From the IMG/VR virus record IMGVR_UViG_3300036715_003363: a stretch of 64,000 nucleotides of DNA. One strand, written 5' to 3'. Numbering within the stretch: the first letter of the stretch is position 1; each line of letters starts with the position of its first letter. Shown piece by piece: positions 8,395 to 16,368 of this stretch. The DNA is from a virus. The notes beneath the pieces were generated by a model that did not search any database, was not told where the DNA came from, and saw only the letters and a program-made list of their open reading frames with translations. The translations under genes and the position numbers were made by a program.

Positions 8395-9119
8395 TACTAA
8401 ACAAGGATATTTTCGTATCGAAATTTCTGCAACCTATTAGCAAGATTGCAGATATTGTTTCGATATATCCAACAGATACAGGACTGTATGCGATCTGTAG
8501 CTCACAAGATGGCTCAAGTGTTGTACTATATGCTGAACTAAGACTTACAGTACCACTTAAAGGAGTTGTAAGACTCAATCTTCCTGATGTAAAAAAATTT
8601 GTTCGACTTGTTGAGTGTATTGAAGATAATGATCTTCAGATTACAGTGAAAGATAATCACCTCGCCTATGTTGGAGACGGAATTAAATTCAACTATTTCC
8701 TTCTTGAAGACAGCTATACACAGAGATCAACACTCAACCCTGATAAAATTAAAGCTCTTCAATATGATTCAACATTTGTTATTTCACAACAGAAGTTTAA
8801 TGAGGTATTAAAAGGAAGTTCAATTGCAACCGACTCTGATAAGCTGTATATTTTCACAAAAGATGATATTGTATATGCTGAATTGAATGACTTTGAGAGA
8901 CAAAATATTAGTAACATTACATATAAAATTTCAGATAGTTATACAGGAACGCCGATAAAAACAGCAATACCTTTTAACCTTGAAAGTATTAGACTGCTTG
9001 CAGGTCTTCGTGCAGAATCAATGACAGTGAAAATTAATCACAGTCTCAAAGTGTCGTTGTTTGAAGTTGAAGATGAAGACACAACAATTAAATTTATTAT
9101 ATCAGCACTTGTTAAGTGA
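8379..9119 (+). CDS. gp45: DNA polymerase sliding clamp, gp45-like
   Basis: 246 aa, two-domain beta-rich pattern typical of T4-like clamps, in replication block. Confidence 0.65.
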   Translation: MDNKLILNKDIFVSKFLQPISKIADIVSIYPTDTGLYAICSSQDGSSVVLYAELRLTVPLKGVVRLNLPDVKKFVRLVECIEDNDLQITVKDNHLAYVGDGIKFNYFLLEDSYTQRSTLNPDKIKALQYDSTFVISQQKFNEVLKGSSIATDSDKLYIFTKDDIVYAELNDFERQNISNITYKISDSYTGTPIKTAIPFNLESIRLLAGLRAESMTVKINHSLKVSLFEVEDEDTTIKFIISALVK

Positions 9120-9142
9120 GATGTACATGATTAAATTATAAT

Positions 9143-9484
9143 ATGTCTAACAAACTCACTACACTGGGATACAATCTAAAAAGATTTAGAGATAACGGAT
9201 ACTACACTCACAAGGTGTTTACAGATTATGCGCGACATGATCCGCGCGCATGGACGATTATGATTGATCCAGGTTGTGCATCAATTTTCTGTACTTGTTA
9301 TGTTAATGCCCCTGAGTATGGCGATTCGTATTTTGAGTTGTATGATGGAGGTCAGTTTATTCCCGGCAGACTAAAAATTAAAACAAATTCCTTTGAAGTG
9401 CTTGTTGAGCATCTCGTACGATACGGTATCAATAATAAAGCACCAGGATATGATGTTCGCAATGGCAACAGAGATAATACGTAA
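9143..9484 (+). CDS. hypothetical protein
   Basis: 113-aa ORF in operon. Confidence 0.7.
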   Translation: MSNKLTTLGYNLKRFRDNGYYTHKVFTDYARHDPRAWTIMIDPGCASIFCTCYVNAPEYGDSYFELYDGGQFIPGRLKIKTNSFEVLVEHLVRYGINNKAPGYDVRNGNRDNT

Positions 9485-9495
9485 TAAGTATTATT

Positions 9496-9822
9496 GTGTC
9501 AGACGAACCAGAAAAAAAGAGAAAGCTGCGTGCCAAAAAAGAAGAGGATGTCCCTCCGGCGATTGCAGATATCATTAGAGACGCAATAATGCGCTTTAGT
9601 GATACTGAATTACCAACAAAAAAAACTAAGCTAGAAGATCTTAAGCAGCTTGATGTAATTACTCAAGAGTATCTTAAGGCGTTTGTAATTCTTGGCTATG
9701 ATCTCAATGGCGAAAAAGTTCATATTATGCACGCACACACGCATCAAGATAAGGATGCGATAGTTGAGCATCTTCGCACAACACTAATTAATATCTTGCA
9801 TAATAACGGATCAAGCGATTAA
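9496..9822 (+). CDS. hypothetical protein upstream of terminase
   Basis: 108 aa; TAAGTA 5 nt upstream (9485-9490). Confidence 0.65.
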   Translation: MSDEPEKKRKLRAKKEEDVPPAIADIIRDAIMRFSDTELPTKKTKLEDLKQLDVITQEYLKAFVILGYDLNGEKVHIMHAHTHQDKDAIVEHLRTTLINILHNNGSSD

Positions 9823-9831
9823 TTATATATT

Positions 9832-11445
9832 ATGGTTAGTAAAGATAATCAGGATAATATTAATCCAGTAAATATTAAGCAGTGTTATAGAGGAGATAAA
9901 AATATTCCGACTCCTGATGCGGAATATAACTATACTCCTGCAATGGTTAAAGAGATTAAAAAGTGTAAGGAAAGCATTATTCACTTTGCTGAAAATCATT
10001 TTTATATTACCAACCTTGATCGAGGTAAAGAAAAGATTGAATTATATACTGCACAAAAGAGAGTGCTTCGTTCTCTAATGAATAATAGATTTGTTTGTCT
10101 TCTATCAAGTCGTCAGGCAGGAAAAGCGTTAGATGTTGATACTCCAATATTAACAGACAAAGGATGGGAAAAAATAGGAGATCTAAAAAATGGTGATTTT
10201 GTCTACGGTATCGATGGTAAAAAAACAAGAGTTGTTAAAGCACACGATATTCTTTATAAAAGAGATTGTTACGAAGTTGAGTTTGATAACGGCGAAAAAA
10301 TAGTAGCTGATGGTGATCACTTGTGGTTTACGCAATCACGATCAGAAAGAAAGAAAACAAAAGGAAGTGTTAAAACAACAAAAGACATTTTAAGTAATTT
10401 AAAAACATATAGCGGCGCGCCAAATCATAGAATTCCGATATGCATATCCGGCATTGAGAATTCAACAAAATTACTACCAATTGATCCTTACACGTTAGGA
10501 TTATGGCTAGGAGATGAAACAAACACATCAATAAGACTATCGTGCAAGACACTAAAGAAGAGTGAGAGTCTCACATCTATCATTAAAGAAAATAAACACA
10601 TTCCATCAGAATACTTCTTATCTTCGCGGGAGCAACGATTAGAATTATTAAAAGGTTTAATAGATTCAGATGGATATGTAAGACATGATGGAGGAACTTA
10701 TTTTTATAACACTAATCTCGAACTTGTTCAGCAAGTAAGAACACTTATTGAAGGCTTAGGATATAAAGTAACATATAAAGATTTTATACTCAAACCAAAC
10801 GGCGTTGAATGTACTCGATGCGGAATGATCACGTTTCAGCCGAGAGAGTTAGTTTGTACACTACCCTCTAAAACAAAAAGAATTAAAGTAGAACCTCAAG
10901 TGCATAACAGTAAAAAAAGAGGACATTATCACTATATTAAAAATATTACAGCTGTTAAAAGCAGACCTGTGAGATGCATCTCAGTTGATAATGAAGATAA
11001 TCTATATCTTGCAGGTAAACAATTAATTCCAACTCATAATAGTACTATTATGACAATCTATGCGCTTTGGCTTGCGTGTTTTTATTCTGATCAAAGAATT
11101 GTTATTGTTGCAAACAAAGAGAAGACTGCGACAAATATTTTTGGAAGAGTTAGAATGGCGTATGAACAGCTTCCAGGATACATTAAGCCTGGCGTAAAGG
11201 AATATCAAAAGACTGGTGTTATATTTGCAAACGATTCAAGTATCGGTGTATCAACAACAACATCTACTGCAGTAAGAGGAGAGTCAATTAATTGCTTGAT
11301 CTGTGATGAGCTTGCATTTGTGGAATGCGTGACAGGTGATTCGTTGATTGAGGTAAGAAACAAAAAAAACAAAGAAATTAAAAAAATAACAATACGTAAT
11401 TTTATGGAACTGTTATCAGTAAATAGTAACAGAGAAGGATTTTAA
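9832..11445 (+). CDS. gp17: large terminase fragment 1: ATPase N-part (Walker A RQAGK/ST, Walker B LICDE) with contiguous intein and C-terminal 39-aa split N-intein
   Basis: Y.G..N.P, EIKKC, SRQAGK|STI, VANK..TA, RGES.N.L..DE motifs of T4 gp17. Confidence 0.92.
   Translation: MVSKDNQDNINPVNIKQCYRGDKNIPTPDAEYNYTPAMVKEIKKCKESIIHFAENHFYITNLDRGKEKIELYTAQKRVLRSLMNNRFVCLLSSRQAGKALDVDTPILTDKGWEKIGDLKNGDFVYGIDGKKTRVVKAHDILYKRDCYEVEFDNGEKIVADGDHLWFTQSRSERKKTKGSVKTTKDILSNLKTYSGAPNHRIPICISGIENSTKLLPIDPYTLGLWLGDETNTSIRLSCKTLKKSESLTSIIKENKHIPSEYFLSSREQRLELLKGLIDSDGYVRHDGGTYFYNTNLELVQQVRTLIEGLGYKVTYKDFILKPNGVECTRCGMITFQPRELVCTLPSKTKRIKVEPQVHNSKKRGHYHYIKNITAVKSRPVRCISVDNEDNLYLAGKQLIPTHNSTIMTIYALWLACFYSDQRIVIVANKEKTATNIFGRVRMAYEQLPGYIKPGVKEYQKTGVIFANDSSIGVSTTTSTAVRGESINCLICDELAFVECVTGDSLIEVRNKKNKEIKKITIRNFMELLSVNSNREGF
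10126..11040 (+). mobile_element. contiguous class-3-type intein (305 aa) with eroded LAGLIDADG endonuclease
   Basis: Starts Ala (ALDVDTPILT), block B DHLW, block F VRCISV, ends PTHN/S; LGLWLGD and LKGLIDSDG motifs. Confidence 0.9.
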
Positions 11446-11792
11446 TTTTTATGGAGAACGAAAAGGAGGAATATATTGGTACAGATGAATGGGAGATTCT
11501 TACTCCATCCGGATGGCAATCATTTAAAGGTATTATATGCAGAGGTGTAAATGAAGTAAATAATGTCATTACAGAGAGCTCAAAAAAAATAAAAGTTACA
11601 GACAATCATGAGTTTATAAATCAATTAAATCATACAATTAAGTGTATAGATGCAAAAAATTGTTTTATTAAAACTGTTGATGGAACAGAGAAAATTACAA
11701 GCATTTTAAGCAGCGATGCTGAAGAAGTATATGATATAGTAGAGGTAGAAAACGGCAATATATTTTATGCGAACGGTATTGCTAACCACAAT
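11326..11792 (+). mobile_element. atypically split intein TerL-A: 39-aa IntN (11326-11442) + 114-aa IntC (11451-11792)
   Basis: CVTGDSLI...EGF-stop; next ORF has EILTPSGW, VTDNH, VYDIVEV, ANHN/C; splicing restores DELAFVE-CHLVEEFW. Confidence 0.85.
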
Positions 11793-12152
11793 TGCCACCT
11801 TGTAGAAGAGTTTTGGAACTCAGTTATCCCAGTTATTTCGTCCGGTAAGAAAACTAAAATTTTCGTTGTATCAACTCCTAATGGGGTTGCAAATAAGTTT
11901 TACGAAATCTATTCTGGAGCTGAAAAAGATGAAAATGGTTGGAAAGCAGAGAGAATTGACTGGTGGGAAATTCCCGGCAGAACTGAAAAATGGAAGGCGC
12001 AGATGATCGGTGCCCTCGGATCAGCGGAGAGTTTTAATGTTGAATTCGGAAATTGTGTAGAGGGATTATCTATTTTAAGCATAAATATAAACAACAAAAT
12101 AGAAAATATAACTATTAAAGATTTATATGAAACGTGTGAAAACAGATATTGA
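11451..12152 (+). CDS. gp17: large terminase fragment 2: IntC + 87-aa extein (motif III STPNG) + 32-aa IntN
   Basis: Extein CHLVEEFWNSVIPVISSG..STPNG..NKFY..WWEIPGR..EFGN is T4 gp17-like. Confidence 0.9.
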   Translation: MENEKEEYIGTDEWEILTPSGWQSFKGIICRGVNEVNNVITESSKKIKVTDNHEFINQLNHTIKCIDAKNCFIKTVDGTEKITSILSSDAEEVYDIVEVENGNIFYANGIANHNCHLVEEFWNSVIPVISSGKKTKIFVVSTPNGVANKFYEIYSGAEKDENGWKAERIDWWEIPGRTEKWKAQMIGALGSAESFNVEFGNCVEGLSILSININNKIENITIKDLYETCENRY

Positions 12153-12578
12153 AAAACAAATATCATGAATCACCTAAACAAACCGAAAAGGATTTAAAAC
12201 GACAAAAAATTATACAGGGCGAACCAAAATGTAATTTTATAATGTTAAGAGATTATGATAAAGCGTAATTATAAGAATGTTGAAGTTGTTACACCAACAG
12301 GTCTTAAAACCTTTTACGGTATTAGTAAGCAAAAAAAGGAATGTATTATTATTAATACAGAATTTAATAAATCTATTGTTGTATCAAAATTTCATCCGTT
12401 TATAGTTGGCGGTGACATAGTATTATCAAATGCGCTTAAAAAAGGTGATTGTCTTGAAAGCTATAACGGAAAATTTATAAAAATTCAATCGATTAAAGAT
12501 GTAGGAAAAAAAGACGTCTATGATCTAGTTGGTGTTGATGGTGACTGCTATTTTGCAAATGGTTTTCTTGTACATAAT
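12054..12578 (+). mobile_element. atypically split intein TerL-B: 32-aa IntN (12054-12149) + 108-aa IntC (12255-12578)
   Basis: CVEGLSIL...NRY-stop; next ORF has EVVTPTG, SKFH, VYDLVGV, LVHN/C; splicing restores VEFGN-CFLNSG. Confidence 0.88.
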
Positions 12579-13493
12579 TGCTTTCTTAATTCAGGTAACG
12601 CAGCAGTCGGCGCAGAAATTTTAGAAAAATTTAAACAGGAAAAAAAACCCGTAATTTGGGACGGCGAAGATGGAGGGTATAGAGTGTTTGAACTACCAGC
12701 TCCTAATAAAATGTATGTAGTTGGTGTTGATGTTGGAGAGGGTGTCGGCCGAGCATCTTCTGTTGCTCAAGTACTTGATGTAACAGATTTACAAGATATT
12801 AAACAAGTAGCGGTATACGGAACAAATAAAATAGAGCCTTATCATTTTGCTAATAAACTACATAATTTAGCAAGCTCTTGGGGAAATCCACCGATCCTAA
12901 TTGAGCGCAATAATTGCGGCGCGTCAGTTATTGACGCCTTATATCAAAATTTACACTACGATAAAATTGTAAGCTATTCAAAACTCTCAAATACTGGATC
13001 ATTCGCATCAACTCGTCATCTTGGCGTGTATAGTCACAACAATTTACGATTTGCATCTGTTGCTAATATGAGATATTGGCTCAATTTCTTGCAGGTTGTT
13101 CACATAAACGACATTGATACCATTAAAGAACTTGAAACATTTATCAGATATCCAAATGGCACGTATCGCAAACAAAGTGAAAAATTTTATGATGATCGCG
13201 TCATGGCTCTTGTGTGGTCTCTATTCATACTTGAAACAGATATATGTCAACAATATTACCAGGTTGACGAATACGACACCCAGAATAAGCCTCAAGTATT
13301 AAGTCGATATGCATATGAAGATATTAACCCTGATACGTATGTTTTACGAGATTTGACGTCAAAACTAGAGACTTCAATTGTATCTCCCACTGAGGGTCAA
13401 AAGTATAAATCGCTCATTAATAACGATGATTCGTATAATTCTTCTGAAGATGATCTGGATTCTCTATTAAGTAATGGTTGGACATACATGTGA
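12255..13493 (+). CDS. gp17: large terminase fragment 3: IntC + RNase H-like nuclease domain
   Basis: YVVGVDVGEGVG, LIERNN, DDRVMAL nuclease motifs. Confidence 0.92.
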   Translation: MIKRNYKNVEVVTPTGLKTFYGISKQKKECIIINTEFNKSIVVSKFHPFIVGGDIVLSNALKKGDCLESYNGKFIKIQSIKDVGKKDVYDLVGVDGDCYFANGFLVHNCFLNSGNAAVGAEILEKFKQEKKPVIWDGEDGGYRVFELPAPNKMYVVGVDVGEGVGRASSVAQVLDVTDLQDIKQVAVYGTNKIEPYHFANKLHNLASSWGNPPILIERNNCGASVIDALYQNLHYDKIVSYSKLSNTGSFASTRHLGVYSHNNLRFASVANMRYWLNFLQVVHINDIDTIKELETFIRYPNGTYRKQSEKFYDDRVMALVWSLFILETDICQQYYQVDEYDTQNKPQVLSRYAYEDINPDTYVLRDLTSKLETSIVSPTEGQKYKSLINNDDSYNSSEDDLDSLLSNGWTYM

Positions 13494-14086
13494 CAAATCC
13501 CACTCAACAATCAGTTTTAAACAGGGCAAGTACCGACAAGTTTATACTTGTATTAAACCTGCCAAACGTGCTTAAGAATCAGTTTATTACAGCTGGAAAT
13601 AAGATTTCAATTGATCCTCTTCAACTAAGCGTCTACGGGTCGATCGTGCCAGAAATCATAATTCCTGCAGTTCCAGTGTCATACTCCGGTCAGACATATA
13701 ATGTCTCGAGCCACACAAGACCAAATTATAATCCTCTAGTAGTTAACTTTATTGTTGACAATGAATTCCAGAATTATTATACAATGTGGGCGTGGCTAAA
13801 CGCACTAAATACAGCAGATGGAAGTATATATGGCGGCACTAGTTTTGATCAGCCGACAAGAAGAACTGCAGTTATTCCGCAAGGAAATATGAACGAGTAT
13901 CAGACAAACCTAACTGTTTATGGACTTAACGAATACAACCAAAGAGTCATAGAATTCACGTATTTTAACGCTTTTATTACAAATCTCGGAGGAATTAACT
14001 ACAACTATCAGGATCCTTCTCAAATAAATATAACTGCAACGTTTCAGTACAGCAAATTTGAAACTCTACTTATAAGTAACAACTAA
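13478..14086 (+). CDS. gp3: tail terminator / tube-fold protein, gp3-like
   Basis: VNFIVDNEFQNY...W, FTYFNAFITNLG.INY, ATFQY tube-fold motifs; start may be GTG 13490. Confidence 0.6.
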   Translation: MDIHVTNPTQQSVLNRASTDKFILVLNLPNVLKNQFITAGNKISIDPLQLSVYGSIVPEIIIPAVPVSYSGQTYNVSSHTRPNYNPLVVNFIVDNEFQNYYTMWAWLNALNTADGSIYGGTSFDQPTRRTAVIPQGNMNEYQTNLTVYGLNEYNQRVIEFTYFNAFITNLGGINYNYQDPSQINITATFQYSKFETLLISNN

Positions 14087-14120
14087 AACGCAAAAAGACG
14101 TCAGTAATATAGGTTAAGAG

Positions 14121-14162
14121 TATAAATACCAGTCGAAAAAATATAACGGAATCGATTAAGTA
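14121..14162 (+). promoter_or_regulatory. late promoters for tail sheath (TATAAATA 14121; TAAGTA 14157)
   Basis: Exact T4 late consensus plus variant 11 nt before ATG. Confidence 0.6.
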
Positions 14163-14173
14163 ATATTACACAT

Positions 14174-16306
14174 ATGGCACTTACTTTAAATTCTCCCGGT
14201 GTTCAGATCATTGAAACAGATCTTTCTCAAAATCTTAGCATCGTTAACGGTACATCAGTTTTTGCAGCAGGTTTTGCCGCTCAGGGACCAACAGATGAGG
14301 TTATTCAACTGACATCAAAGTCAGATCTCGATACAATCTACGGTACTCCAACGACACCAGCAGAGCGATACTTTTATTACAGCTGCCAGCAAGTGCTTAA
14401 CTCACAAGGAAACCTGTTGACAACACGTCTTCCGTACGGTCTTAGCAGTGGATACGGCTTTGCATCAAATCAATATTCAGCTCTATTCTTCCCGACAGCA
14501 TCAGCTTCAACAGGCTTTGCCCTTCTTCCTCCAACACACGTAACTGTTAGTGAATACGACTTCACTCGCCTCCTTCAGAAGAATTTTACATGGTCAACAA
14601 TTTCAACAACTTCTAGCGCAGCTGGATGGAATTCATCAACAGGAACAGCAACAGCCGGACTAATTATTCTCAACGACTCACAGACAACAGTCAATGAATA
14701 CTCCGAGGGATACTACGCCTCTATTACTGACAACAGCCAGTTTGGGCCAACTACAGACTTCGTAGCTGTTACTCAGCTCCTAACTCTCACATCAGCTGAT
14801 AGCTTCTACAGCGTTCCAACAACTCGCCTTGACTTCACTCTTTCAGCAGCTGCTGGATATGTAGGCAATCAAAGTGTATCACAGCAGATTGAACGTGCTT
14901 TTAGCTTTGACTTTAGTCAGCCTCAGTACAACGACTGTATTGCACTGAACCTCTTCAAGGTTAGAAATTCAGTATACAACCCATCACTACTCACAATTTC
15001 AACTGTTGAAACATACGTTGGCTCACTTAACGCTCAGCGTAATATTGCTGATACATCAGGAGGAACTCCAAAATCATTCTTTATTAGTGACATTGTCGAT
15101 AATGTGTCATCAAACATCACAATATACGTAAACCCTGCAATTGCAAACAGCGGTGCATGGACATCTTCAGCTCCAACAGTTTCAGCTCAGACATACAGTC
15201 TATACGCTGATGGCGTATATCAGCCATCATATGCAAATGCTAATAATAAGCAGATTGGTAATGTTGTAACAAAGATTAATCGCGCTCTTACACTTATCGA
15301 CTCCCCAGAGGTTGTTAAGCTTGACGTTGTGCTTGATTCAGGTCTTTCAACAATCTTTGCAAACATAGTAGGATCAACAGGTAATAATACATCTGGATTC
15401 AATGATGCTGCGTATTACGATGACAATGTTTACATTGACACAACATCAGACCCAATTACATCTTCAACAGCAGCAGTAAACCAGAAGTGGCTTGCAGTGT
15501 TTAATATTTTCGATACATTTGTATCTCAGACAAGAAAAGATTGCGTATTTATCGCTGATCCTCTTCGTCAGATATTCGTTAACGGACCTGACACAAAGAC
15601 ACTTGCAATCAAGTCAAATACATTTACTCAGAATATTTACTCTCCTCTTAAGGCAGTAGTTGGACAAATTAATACTAACTACTCAGCAATCTACGGAAAC
15701 TGGATTAAAATTTACGATCCGTATGCCGATGCATTTGTATGGCAACCCGCTTCAGGATTTGTAGGCTCAGTATTTGCTAACTCAGATGCAGCCTCTCAGC
15801 CATGGTACGCACCAGCGGGTCTAACTCGCGGTCTTATCAAGGGCGCAACGGATCTTGCAATCACTCCAAATCAAAAACAGAGAGATTATCTATACTTACT
15901 CTCAGTGAATCCAATTGCTTTCACAGCAGGTTCATACACAGTATACGGACAGAAGACAATGCAGTCTTCACCAACTGCGTTCGACAGAATTAACGTTCGT
16001 CGTTTGTTCCTTACACTTGAAAGAGCAGTACATAATACAGTTAAGTATTTTGTATTTGAGCCAAATACAGACTTTACTCGCACCCGTCTTATAAATACAA
16101 TTACTCCAATCTTTGAACTTGCAAAGAATACACAAGGATTGTACGACTATAAGATTGTCTGCGACGCAAGAAACAATACACCCGCTATTATCGATCAAAA
16201 CGAACTTGCAGTTGACATTTATATTAAGCCGGTTCGTTCAGCAGAGTTCATTTTGGTTAATTTTATTGCAACAACCACTGGGCAAAACTTTTCTGAGTTA
16301 GTCTAA
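14174..16306 (+). CDS. gp18: tail sheath protein
   Basis: SPGVQIIETD, QGP, PWYAPAG..RG, VNPI, YGQKT, AFDRINVRRLF, FVFEPN..TR, IKPVRSAEFI. Confidence 0.97.
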   Translation: MALTLNSPGVQIIETDLSQNLSIVNGTSVFAAGFAAQGPTDEVIQLTSKSDLDTIYGTPTTPAERYFYYSCQQVLNSQGNLLTTRLPYGLSSGYGFASNQYSALFFPTASASTGFALLPPTHVTVSEYDFTRLLQKNFTWSTISTTSSAAGWNSSTGTATAGLIILNDSQTTVNEYSEGYYASITDNSQFGPTTDFVAVTQLLTLTSADSFYSVPTTRLDFTLSAAAGYVGNQSVSQQIERAFSFDFSQPQYNDCIALNLFKVRNSVYNPSLLTISTVETYVGSLNAQRNIADTSGGTPKSFFISDIVDNVSSNITIYVNPAIANSGAWTSSAPTVSAQTYSLYADGVYQPSYANANNKQIGNVVTKINRALTLIDSPEVVKLDVVLDSGLSTIFANIVGSTGNNTSGFNDAAYYDDNVYIDTTSDPITSSTAAVNQKWLAVFNIFDTFVSQTRKDCVFIADPLRQIFVNGPDTKTLAIKSNTFTQNIYSPLKAVVGQINTNYSAIYGNWIKIYDPYADAFVWQPASGFVGSVFANSDAASQPWYAPAGLTRGLIKGATDLAITPNQKQRDYLYLLSVNPIAFTAGSYTVYGQKTMQSSPTAFDRINVRRLFLTLERAVHNTVKYFVFEPNTDFTRTRLINTITPIFELAKNTQGLYDYKIVCDARNNTPAIIDQNELAVDIYIKPVRSAEFILVNFIATTTGQNFSELV

Positions 16307-16311
16307 ACAAC

Positions 16312-16342
16312 ACAAGCCTTCATTATTGAAGGCTTGTTTTTT
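16312..16342 (+). terminator. rho-independent terminator after gp18
   Basis: acaagccttca-ttat-tgaaggcttgt followed by T run. Confidence 0.85.
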
Positions 16343-16368
16343 GTAAATTGCAGTATAAATATACATAG

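Noticed and set aside
11437-11453. Programmed ribosomal frameshift joining terminase ORF1 and ORF2
   Set aside because: Joining needs -1, but GGA-TTT-TAA offers no XXXYYYZ re-pairing, and +1 slippage enters a frame that stops within ~35 codons. An AAGGA SD-like motif precedes ATG 11451. A one-base assembly error remains possible and is flagged in the findings.
12153-12254. Group I/II intron interrupting the terminase
   Set aside because: Far too short, with no recognisable core helices; the flanks are intein halves.
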